The notes under the pieces: generated by a model | Told to the model about the DNA's origin: nothing | The model's database searches: none | Seen by the model: the letters and a program-made list of their open reading frames with translations, nothing else | Position numbers and translations under genes: made by a program | Source of the DNA: Candidatus Saganbacteria bacterium | Lineage (GTDB): Bacteria; Margulisbacteria; WOR-1; JAKLHX01 | Reading direction: 5' to 3' | Assembly (NCBI GenBank): GCA_026387835.1 | Contig: JAPLKZ010000011.1 | Coordinates: 1-32,000, forward strand | DNA: 32,000 nt | Part shown: positions 8,716-16,138 of the stretch, piece after piece | Numbering within the stretch: the first letter of the stretch is position 1 | How the letters are laid out: every line of letters begins with the position of its first letter

Positions 8716-8901
8716 ACCCCTTATCGCGAGATAACGTATCATCAATCTTCTTTCAAGAAACTACGAAGTGTCGCCATAAACCCTAGGAAGGCAGGAATGG
8801 GCAAAGCCGCAAACCAGCCGTGATTTATATTAACTTTCGCAATTTCAATGAAAAAAGTCTTGCTGACCGGCTCAGCGGGGTCGCACCGCGTCATAGCCTT
8901 A
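8643..8901 (-). ncRNA. Putative ~260-nt leader RNA or sRNA, running from promoter to terminator with no convincing ORF
   Basis: It is bounded by the TTGACA-17-TAAATT promoter (8908-8936) and the terminator at 8643-8715. It contains several local hairpins and a third GGCGACA copy (8769-8775) that could compete for TGTCGCC. I do not recognise its class. Confidence 0.3.
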
Positions 8902-8907
8902 AATCTT

Positions 8908-8936
8908 AATTTATCAAACGCCAAAACCGTTGTCAA
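8908..8936 (-). promoter_or_regulatory. Putative sigma70 promoter (minus strand)
   Basis: On the minus strand, TTGACA (8936-8931), a 17-nt spacer, then TAAATT (8913-8908). Confidence 0.45.
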
Positions 8937-8943
8937 GTGCTCG

Positions 8944-8972
8944 TTTACAAACTAATCCGGATATGATAAAGT
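8944..8972 (+). promoter_or_regulatory. Putative promoter of the perM-SBP-glmS operon, back-to-back with the minus-strand promoter
   Basis: TTTACA (8944-8949), a 17-nt spacer ending in TGa, then TAAAGT (8967-8972), i.e. extended -10-like. The ATG at 8985 would leave a very short leader. Confidence 0.3.
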
Positions 8973-8984
8973 TAAGAGTGAAAA

Positions 8985-10079
8985 ATGAAACTATTTGCAT
9001 GGCTTTCTCCTGTCAGGTTCAATAAATACGCGTCAACATACGTGTTTTCGCCGAAAGCGAAGATAATCACTATCTGGATCATGATCGCTGCGTTCGTCAT
9101 GTTCCTTCTTTCAGTAGCACATCTTTTGCCGGTGTTCATCTGGGCTGCTGTGGCGGCCTATCTTTTTAATCCTGTCGTCTCTATGGTTTCCGAAAGATCG
9201 AGGCTTCCTAAATCTTTATGCATCATCATCCTGTATCTGGTCGTCGGCTGCATTATTTATTGGGGAGTGAGATCATTGATGCCGGTAGTGGCATATGAAT
9301 TCCGAGAGCTTTCCGTCGGCCAGTCTGTCCAGAGCGGATCGCTCCTCGGCAGGATAGCGGCAAAAGGCGACATAAATATTCTCGGCGGAAACATCGATCT
9401 TAAGGAAGCGGCCGACTCTGTCGCTCCCTGGCTGATGGCGCAATTCCCGTCAAAGGCGTTCCCGTTGTTTTTTGGCGCGGTTGAAAGGCTGGTCCTTCTT
9501 CTTGTCTTTTTTGTCGTCGCATTCTATTTTCTCATGGAATCGGGCAAGTACCTTGAAGCGCTAGAAAAAGTGATCCCGGAACCGTACAGGGAAGAAATAG
9601 CATCCTTAATAGAACGAGTGAATATGACCCTCGGATCTTACATCAGGGCACAGGTATTATTGATATTTATAATGTCAACGGCAAGCTTCATAGTACTTTC
9701 GATTCTTAAGATTAAATTTGCGGCGATATTAAGCATCATGACAGGGGTGTTCGAGGTTATCCCTGTGATCGGTCCGGTCTGCGCGACGGCGATAGTCGCC
9801 ATGGTCGCTCTTTTCCAGACGGCAGTGCCTTACGGATTGACAAAAGAGGCGCTGGTCCTTTTGGTGATAATATTGTATTTTGTTTTAAGGCAGCTTGAAG
9901 ATTATCTGATCATCCCTAACGTGGCAGCGCATTTTGTAAGGGTGAATCCGGTAATAGGGATATTTGCGCTGCTTGTCGGAGGCGCATACGCCGGAATTCT
10001 CGGGCTGTTCCTGGCTGTCCCCACGGCGGCCATTCTAAAGGTTATAATAGGATATATATACCAAAAATTGACCGAGTAA
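8985..10079 (+). CDS. AI-2E family transporter (PerM/UPF0118)
   Basis: A 364-aa polytopic membrane protein. The C-terminal block LRQLEDYLIIPNV...GLFLAVPTAAILKV is typical of the AI-2E/PerM family. Confidence 0.8.
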   Translation: MKLFAWLSPVRFNKYASTYVFSPKAKIITIWIMIAAFVMFLLSVAHLLPVFIWAAVAAYLFNPVVSMVSERSRLPKSLCIIILYLVVGCIIYWGVRSLMPVVAYEFRELSVGQSVQSGSLLGRIAAKGDINILGGNIDLKEAADSVAPWLMAQFPSKAFPLFFGAVERLVLLLVFFVVAFYFLMESGKYLEALEKVIPEPYREEIASLIERVNMTLGSYIRAQVLLIFIMSTASFIVLSILKIKFAAILSIMTGVFEVIPVIGPVCATAIVAMVALFQTAVPYGLTKEALVLLVIILYFVLRQLEDYLIIPNVAAHFVRVNPVIGIFALLVGGAYAGILGLFLAVPTAAILKVIIGYIYQKLTE

Positions 10080-10097
10080 TATTCTAGGAGGAAAATA

Positions 10098-11495
10098 ATG
10101 AGACAGTTAAAGATAATGGGGATATTTTTGGTCTGTTTGGGGCTGTTCATTGCCGGATGCGGAGGAAAAACCCAGCTGCCAAAAACCGGTGTGGAAAAAT
10201 CGGCGGCAACCGCCGTCCAGGAGAACAAGACTTCATCAGGGAAGGTCGTCCTTCAGATGTGGGTCATGCCTAACAGTCTTGAGCCGGTCAGGGACATCGA
10301 GGCTATACTCGCGCCATTCGAAGAGGCAAATCCGGATATAGATATCAGGGTGACATCTGTTGACTGGGGATCAGCATGGACAAAAATAACTACAGCCGCT
10401 ACATCTGGCGACACGCCGGATATCGTCCAGCTGGGATCGACATGGGTCGGTTCGATATCCGCGATGGGGGCTCTTTTGGACCTGCAGGATAAAGTGTCCG
10501 AGATCGGCGGAAGTACAAGTTTCATCCCGGCCGCGTGGAAGTCTACAGGCCTTGAAGGGACAAAATCTGTAACAGCCGTCCCGTGGTTTGTTGATGCGAG
10601 AGCTCTTTTCTTCAGGACGGACGTCTTAAGGCAATTGAAACTTTCCAAGGACGATCTGAAGACATGGGCATCGTTTGAGAACTCCCTTACAAAGATCAAG
10701 AATGCCGAGCCGGAAATAGAAGGGGTAAGAGTATATCCTCTGGGGATCCCCGGGAAGAACGACTGGAACGTTATTCATAATATCGCCCCGTGGATCTGGG
10801 CAGCCGGCGGCGACTTTCTCTCCAAAGACAGAAAAAGCGCCGCGATCAATTCGTCCGCTGCGGTGGACGGAGTGCTTTATTACGTTAGCCTGGTGAAAAA
10901 AGGCCTGATACCCATAGACGCGCTCGAGCTTAACACCGCGCAGGTCAGCAGTAATTTCAACAACGGGTCATACGGGATGTACTTTGACGGGCCGTACGAG
11001 GTAAAGACGCTCACGCTGCCTCCGGAACAGGGAGGCTCTTACGGATCGATCGCTTCAAGAAATTTCGGGGTCTCTTCCTATCCTGCCGGGCCAAACGGTA
11101 AGTTCACTTTCGTCGGTGGAAGCGATCTTTCTATATTCAAGAACTCCAAGCACAAGGAAGAAGCATGGAAAGTCATAAAACACCTTGTTACAACTAAGAT
11201 GCAGGTGAACTACGCAAAAGCAACCGGTTTTTTACCGGCTACAAAAGCCGCATTTTCCGACCCGTATTTTGCTTCGGACCCTTTCAGAGCAGTGTTCAAA
11301 GAGGCCGTACAATATGGCAGGACATATCCCTGCGTCGCTGCATGGGGACTGATCGAGCCAATACTGACAAGAAGGCTGGGTATCATGTGGGACCATATCC
11401 TTGCAGCCGAGGATGAAGATATCAAAGCGATCGTAAAAGACGACCTTGATGCCGCGGCAAAAGAAATTAATTCCGTTTTGAGCGTGAGAAGATAG
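10098..11495 (+). CDS. ABC-transporter extracellular solute-binding lipoprotein (family 1, carbohydrate type)
   Basis: Lipobox LFIAGCGG. AGGAGG SD. SBP_bac_1-like blocks (WVMPNS..., PDIVQLGSTWV, AVPWFVDARALFFRTD). No permease or ATPase gene is adjacent. Confidence 0.8.
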   Translation: MRQLKIMGIFLVCLGLFIAGCGGKTQLPKTGVEKSAATAVQENKTSSGKVVLQMWVMPNSLEPVRDIEAILAPFEEANPDIDIRVTSVDWGSAWTKITTAATSGDTPDIVQLGSTWVGSISAMGALLDLQDKVSEIGGSTSFIPAAWKSTGLEGTKSVTAVPWFVDARALFFRTDVLRQLKLSKDDLKTWASFENSLTKIKNAEPEIEGVRVYPLGIPGKNDWNVIHNIAPWIWAAGGDFLSKDRKSAAINSSAAVDGVLYYVSLVKKGLIPIDALELNTAQVSSNFNNGSYGMYFDGPYEVKTLTLPPEQGGSYGSIASRNFGVSSYPAGPNGKFTFVGGSDLSIFKNSKHKEEAWKVIKHLVTTKMQVNYAKATGFLPATKAAFSDPYFASDPFRAVFKEAVQYGRTYPCVAAWGLIEPILTRRLGIMWDHILAAEDEDIKAIVKDDLDAAAKEINSVLSVRR

Positions 11496-11502
11496 GTATC
11501 AG

Positions 11503-13332
11503 ATGTGCGGAATAATCGGCTATATCGGGAACAAAGAAGCGGTCCCGATCCTTCTGGAGGGGCTGAAAAAACTGGAATATCGCGGCTATGATTCCGCGGG
11601 GATAGTCGCGCTTTCTGACGGGAAGCTTATAGTTGAAAAATCCATAGGAAAGATCTCAGACCTTGAGGCGCTGATCACTCCAAAGAAGATAAGCGCGCAC
11701 ACGGGCCTCGGCCACACAAGATGGGCAACGCACGGGATTCCGTCGAAAGAGAACGCCCATCCGCACTCTGACTGCACCAACTCGATAGCTCTGGTCCATA
11801 ACGGGATCATTGAGAATTATGAAGCTTTGAAATCAGATCTGATCGCAAAGGGGCATGTTTTTAAATCCCAGACCGATACGGAAGTGCTTGTCCATTTGAT
11901 CGAAGACGAAATAAGTAAAGGTCTTGCGGAGGCCGTCAGGCTTGCAGTATCCAAGGTCCAGGGGTCATATGCGATCGGTGTCATATACAAAAAAGAACCG
12001 GACCGGATAGTCGTAGCCAGGAAAGGCAGCCCGCTTATAATAGGCCTCGGCAATGGTGAAAACTTCACTGCATCGGATATCCCCGCGATAATAAAGAACA
12101 CGTCGAGGATCATCACTCTTGAAGAAGGCGATATCGCTGTGGTCGAAAAGGACAATGTAAAAATAATCGACCTGTCGGGTAAAAAGATAAGCAGAAAAGA
12201 GACGCTTGTATCGTGGGACCCTGTTTCCGCGGAAAAAGGCGGATATGCGCATTTCATGCTGAAAGAGATACACGAACAGCCAAAGGCCATAATGGATACA
12301 ATAAGGGCCTGCGTCGACACCGCAAAGAAGCAGATAAAATTTAAAGACCTCAACCTCAATAAAAAAGATATCTCCGGGATAAACAGGGTGATACTGACAG
12401 CATGCGGCACTTCATGGCATGCCGCGCTGGTAGGGGAATATTTCATTGAGCATTACGCCAAGATACCTTCAGAAGTTGAATATGCCGCGGAATTCAGGTA
12501 CCGCAGTCCGATCATAGATAAGAACACTCTTGTCATAGCGATAACACAGTCAGGAGAGACGGCCGATACTCTTGGAGCGGTAGAAGAAGCAAAAAAACTT
12601 GGGGCAAAAGTTGTCTCAATATGCAATGTCGTCTCGTCGTCGATCGCAAGGGCTTCGGACGGCGTTATTTATACGAAAGCGGGACCGGAGATCGGGGTTG
12701 CTTCGACAAAGGCTTTTACGACGCAGATAGTGGTCCTTTATCTTCTGGCCCTTTTTCTGGCATCCGAGAAAAAGAAAATATCAAAAACCGAGATCCTTAA
12801 AAAATTGGAAAGTCTTTTCGAGATCCCAAACAAAGTGGAACAGGTCCTGTCGCAGGAGGAGCGGATAGAAAAGATTGCGGATAAATATTACCAGTGTTCC
12901 AACGCGCTTTACCTTGGCAGGGGGGAAGGTTTTCCGATAGCGCTTGAAGGGGCCTTGAAACTGAAGGAAATATCATACATCCACGCCGAAGGATATCCTG
13001 CCGCCGAGATGAAGCACGGACCAATTGCCCTCATAGACGAGGACATGCCTGTCATAGTTCTGGCCCTCGCGGGAAGAAGGTATGACAAGATCCTCGGAAA
13101 TATCGAGGAAGTAAAAGCTCGCGGAGGAAAAGTCATCGCGCTTGCGACCGAAGGCGACAAGAACATAAAAAAGAAAGCGGACGATGTCATCTACCTGCCT
13201 GTTGCCAGAGAAACAGTCTCGGCGATATTCGCGGTCATACCACTTCAGCTGTTTGCCTATTATGTCGCGGTAAAAAGGGGCTGCCACGTGGACCAGCCGA
13301 GGAACCTGGCAAAAAGCGTTACAGTTGAATAA
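11503..13332 (+). CDS. glmS: Glutamine--fructose-6-phosphate aminotransferase (isomerizing)
   Basis: MCGIIGY N-terminal nucleophile Cys, the GATase-2 domain, two SIS domains (GTSWHA, SQSGETADT) and the canonical C-terminus ...NLAKSVTVE. Confidence 0.97.
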   Translation: MCGIIGYIGNKEAVPILLEGLKKLEYRGYDSAGIVALSDGKLIVEKSIGKISDLEALITPKKISAHTGLGHTRWATHGIPSKENAHPHSDCTNSIALVHNGIIENYEALKSDLIAKGHVFKSQTDTEVLVHLIEDEISKGLAEAVRLAVSKVQGSYAIGVIYKKEPDRIVVARKGSPLIIGLGNGENFTASDIPAIIKNTSRIITLEEGDIAVVEKDNVKIIDLSGKKISRKETLVSWDPVSAEKGGYAHFMLKEIHEQPKAIMDTIRACVDTAKKQIKFKDLNLNKKDISGINRVILTACGTSWHAALVGEYFIEHYAKIPSEVEYAAEFRYRSPIIDKNTLVIAITQSGETADTLGAVEEAKKLGAKVVSICNVVSSSIARASDGVIYTKAGPEIGVASTKAFTTQIVVLYLLALFLASEKKKISKTEILKKLESLFEIPNKVEQVLSQEERIEKIADKYYQCSNALYLGRGEGFPIALEGALKLKEISYIHAEGYPAAEMKHGPIALIDEDMPVIVLALAGRRYDKILGNIEEVKARGGKVIALATEGDKNIKKKADDVIYLPVARETVSAIFAVIPLQLFAYYVAVKRGCHVDQPRNLAKSVTVE

Positions 13333-13470
13333 AACTATTTCTTCTTTTGTCCTTCGATATTCTTGATAGCTTCCGCCGCCTTTTTAGCAATTTCGGCATC
13401 GGGATTTAGAAGCGATCGCCGCCTTTATGCGTATTTTATTTTCAGGACTTGGAGATTAGAGCGTAAGCCC

Positions 13471-15975
13471 CTATTGTTCCGCCGCTTTTAATACATCAGG
13501 ATCATTTTGCAGCGATTTATCGGCATATTGTAACGTCCATTTAGCATTTTTGACTGCGACTAACACAACTTCTTTATCACTTTTTAAGGAAATATCGACA
13601 TATTTCAGAGCCCATCCGGTTTTTCGGACTGCGGCTAATACAATTTCTTTGTCCTTCTTTAAGGAAATATCGGCATATTGCAATGACTCTCCGTTCTGTT
13701 TAATTGCAGCTAATACAATGTCTTTGTCTTTCTTCAATGAGATATCGGCATATTTCAATGACTCTCCATCTCTGCTAACCGCCGCCAACACAACTTCTTT
13801 GTCCATCCTCAACGGATCATCGGCATATTCCAGAGCCTTTCCGTCTTGATTGACCGCCGCCAACACAATTTCTTTGTCTTTCTTCAAGGGCTCATCGGCA
13901 TATTCCAATAATCCCGACTGTTTGGCAATGATCAACATAAATTCCTTGTTTTTTCTTAAAGAGATATCGGCATATTGTATCGCCCACTTAGCATTATTGA
14001 ACGCGGCTAACACAACTTCTTTGTCCTTCTTCAGGGAGATATCGGCATATTCCAGCGCCCATCCGTCTTGATTGACTGCGGCCAATGCAACGTCCTTATA
14101 GGTTTTCATGGAAGTATCGGCATATTGGAGTGCTCTTCCGTTTTGATTGACCGCGGCTAATGCAACGTCTTTGTCCTTTCTCAAGGAGATGTCGGCATAT
14201 TGTAATGACTCCCCGTCTTTACTAACTGAGACTAACACAATTTCTTTATCTTTCTTTAAGGACTCATCCGCGTATTGCAATAATCCCTCCTGTTTGGTGA
14301 TGATCAACATAAATTCCTTGTTTCTTTTCAAGGAGATATCGGCGTATTGTATCGCCCACTTAGCATTATTGAACGCGGCCAATACAACATCCTTATCTTT
14401 TTTCAATGAATCATCGGCATATTGAAGTGCCCATCCGCTTTGTTTGACTGCAGCCAATACAACTTCTTTGTCCTTTTTCAGTGAGGCATCTAATTGTTGC
14501 AGCACCGAACCGTCCCGGCTGACCGTTTTTACTATCAACTCCTTATTTTTTGTTGCTGAAGTGTCGAAGTCTTTACCGCCCATGGCCATGTAAAGAGTGC
14601 TTGCTTTAGCCTGTATTGCCGGATCTCCGCTAAGCGCTGCGGTCTTTAGAGCAGGCAATGCTCTTGCTCCTATCCTTTTTAAAGTGTCAGCCGCCTCGTT
14701 CCATTCACGATAATCACATATATAATGTAGATTCAAATTGCTAACAAGCAGGGGGATTAAGTCGTCGGTTATTTTTTCGGGCGCAATACTTGAAAAACCG
14801 TCACATGCGCCTTTTCTGGCATTCTGGTCCTCGCTCACCAAAGCCTTCTTCAGGTAATCGGTCCCTTTTTTGCCAGCAAGGACAAGGGTCTTTGCCGCAA
14901 AATTCGGGATCGCTTCAAATCTTGCCCAGCCCTCCCATTCGTACGTGCACATATTGATATTTTGATACATCAGCTCAAGATATTCGTCGGTAATAAGCTC
15001 CGGCTTCTTTTCGACCAAATTATAAAATACCCTGGCAGCCCCTCTTCTTACTTCTATGTCTTTGTCCGCAAGGGCTTCTTTAATGAAAGGTAGAGCTCTT
15101 TCCCCTATCTTTATCAGCGCGCCGGCGGGATGATTCTCTCTTTCGCTGTTTGTTTCCCTGTCAAAATTCCCCAGATTCTTTGACAAAGACCGTAATATTC
15201 CATCATTAACAAATTCTGGCGTAAGCAGTTCTTTTGGAAGGAGCGAGATAGAATGTGCCGCCCACCTGCGGACCGCATCGTTTTTATCCGATAGAGATAT
15301 TGCAATAAACGGGACAGCCCTTTTCCCAATATTAGCAAGTGTTTGTGCTGGCAGGCTGTAAATGTCATAGTCGTATTTAAAATGCAGGTCAAGATTCTTA
15401 GCTATTAATGGCAGAAGATCGTCCCCGATGATGTCTGGCTTTTTGGAAGAAATCGAATATAAGACGTCGACAGCCCCTTTTCTCGTGTTCTCATCGGGAT
15501 CAGACAGCGCCTCTTTAATGTATGGCAATGCTTTTTCTCCAAGTTCAGCCAAGGCTTTAGCTGCATAATTATCAAATGCATTAAAACGACCCCATCCTCC
15601 GAATGAGTAACGGCATATGTTTAAATTCTTCACCAAGAGTTTGATAACCGCATCGCTGACATCTTGTTTCTTGCCGCTGATCAGTTCGTAAATGATTTTG
15701 CACGCTTTTTCCCTTACAAATTTAGAATCATCGTTTAAAAGCGTTATAAAGTCCTCCGGTTTTGTTTTGTTGAACTGATTTTGAGAATATCCCGATTTTT
15801 CCAGAAACGATAAAAATTCCTCGAATTTATCAAAGGAACGGCCTTCGCCGTATTCTTTTATTGCCCTGCTGGCCTCATCAGGAGAATCGATCTCGCCGTT
15901 ATTGTTTCCTTTTTTATCCGCTTCCTGCAAATAGGGCCTGTAGTCATCCGGTGCGCTGCTTATTTTTATCGGCAT
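13471..15975 (-). CDS. HEAT-repeat (PBS-lyase-type) plus DUF4116-like tandem-repeat protein, function unknown
   Basis: 834 aa with no signal peptide. aa ~90-480 carry HEAT-like units (DPDENTRKGAVDVLYSI, LSDKNDAVRRWAAHSISLL, LADKDIEVRRGAARVFYNL, SEDQNARKGACDGFSSI). aa ~480-834 carry ~13.5 units of the 25-aa motif LxYADxSLKKDKE(V/I)VLAAVxQxGxA. Confidence 0.8.
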   Translation of the reverse strand: MPIKISSAPDDYRPYLQEADKKGNNNGEIDSPDEASRAIKEYGEGRSFDKFEEFLSFLEKSGYSQNQFNKTKPEDFITLLNDDSKFVREKACKIIYELISGKKQDVSDAVIKLLVKNLNICRYSFGGWGRFNAFDNYAAKALAELGEKALPYIKEALSDPDENTRKGAVDVLYSISSKKPDIIGDDLLPLIAKNLDLHFKYDYDIYSLPAQTLANIGKRAVPFIAISLSDKNDAVRRWAAHSISLLPKELLTPEFVNDGILRSLSKNLGNFDRETNSERENHPAGALIKIGERALPFIKEALADKDIEVRRGAARVFYNLVEKKPELITDEYLELMYQNINMCTYEWEGWARFEAIPNFAAKTLVLAGKKGTDYLKKALVSEDQNARKGACDGFSSIAPEKITDDLIPLLVSNLNLHYICDYREWNEAADTLKRIGARALPALKTAALSGDPAIQAKASTLYMAMGGKDFDTSATKNKELIVKTVSRDGSVLQQLDASLKKDKEVVLAAVKQSGWALQYADDSLKKDKDVVLAAFNNAKWAIQYADISLKRNKEFMLIITKQEGLLQYADESLKKDKEIVLVSVSKDGESLQYADISLRKDKDVALAAVNQNGRALQYADTSMKTYKDVALAAVNQDGWALEYADISLKKDKEVVLAAFNNAKWAIQYADISLRKNKEFMLIIAKQSGLLEYADEPLKKDKEIVLAAVNQDGKALEYADDPLRMDKEVVLAAVSRDGESLKYADISLKKDKDIVLAAIKQNGESLQYADISLKKDKEIVLAAVRKTGWALKYVDISLKSDKEVVLVAVKNAKWTLQYADKSLQNDPDVLKAAEQ
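13474..14550 (-). repeat. Coding tandem array of ~13.5 units of 75 bp (two units are 72 bp), with an embedded 372-bp higher-order duplication
   Basis: The periodicity is visible in both DNA and protein. The near-identical segments starting at 13906 and 14278 (caataatccc...atgatcaacataaattccttg...) are 372 bp apart, which equals 5 units. Confidence 0.85.
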
Positions 15976-16138
15976 AAAAAGGGCCTCCTTTTTTATTCTC
16001 TATCGTCTGAATCTGTATCGAGCGTATTTTCTGAAAATTTCACTTTAAATCCAATTTGAATCATAGGCCCCCGTCTTTCTGCATCAATGATAAAATGTTA
16101 AAATATAATATATAACGTATACTTAGAAAGACAAACAA

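Noticed and set aside
8742-8936. A 64-aa ORF (MTTVLAFDKLRFKAMTRCDP...) in the tlpA-perM intergenic region.
   Set aside because: Its start is a TTG that coincides with the -35 hexamer of the best promoter there, so it would not be transcribed from that promoter. The internal ATG has only a 2-nt-spaced TAAGG as SD. I retain it only as an alternative explanation within the leader/sRNA finding.
11496-11502. Looked for a glmS ribozyme/riboswitch upstream of glmS.
   Set aside because: Only 7 nt separate the SBP stop from the glmS ATG, so there is no room for the ~170-nt ribozyme. glmS is simply the last gene of the operon.
13550-14425. Three plus-strand ORFs (13550..13849, 13850..14071, 14147..14425) with repetitive MTAANT(T/I)SLSFF... 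products, which could be mistaken for a repeat-protein gene or for a CRISPR-like array.
   Set aside because: They are the antisense shadow of the DUF4116-like coding repeats. The minus-strand ORF is continuous for 834 aa with sensible domain structure. The 75-bp units are contiguous with no unique spacers, so this is not a CRISPR array.
15976-16138. A divergent promoter region between the HEAT/DUF4116 gene and the first GH94 gene (contains TATAAT at ~16104-16109).
   Set aside because: No acceptable -35 lies at 16-18 nt spacing and there is no symmetric operator-like element. I could not support a specific promoter call.
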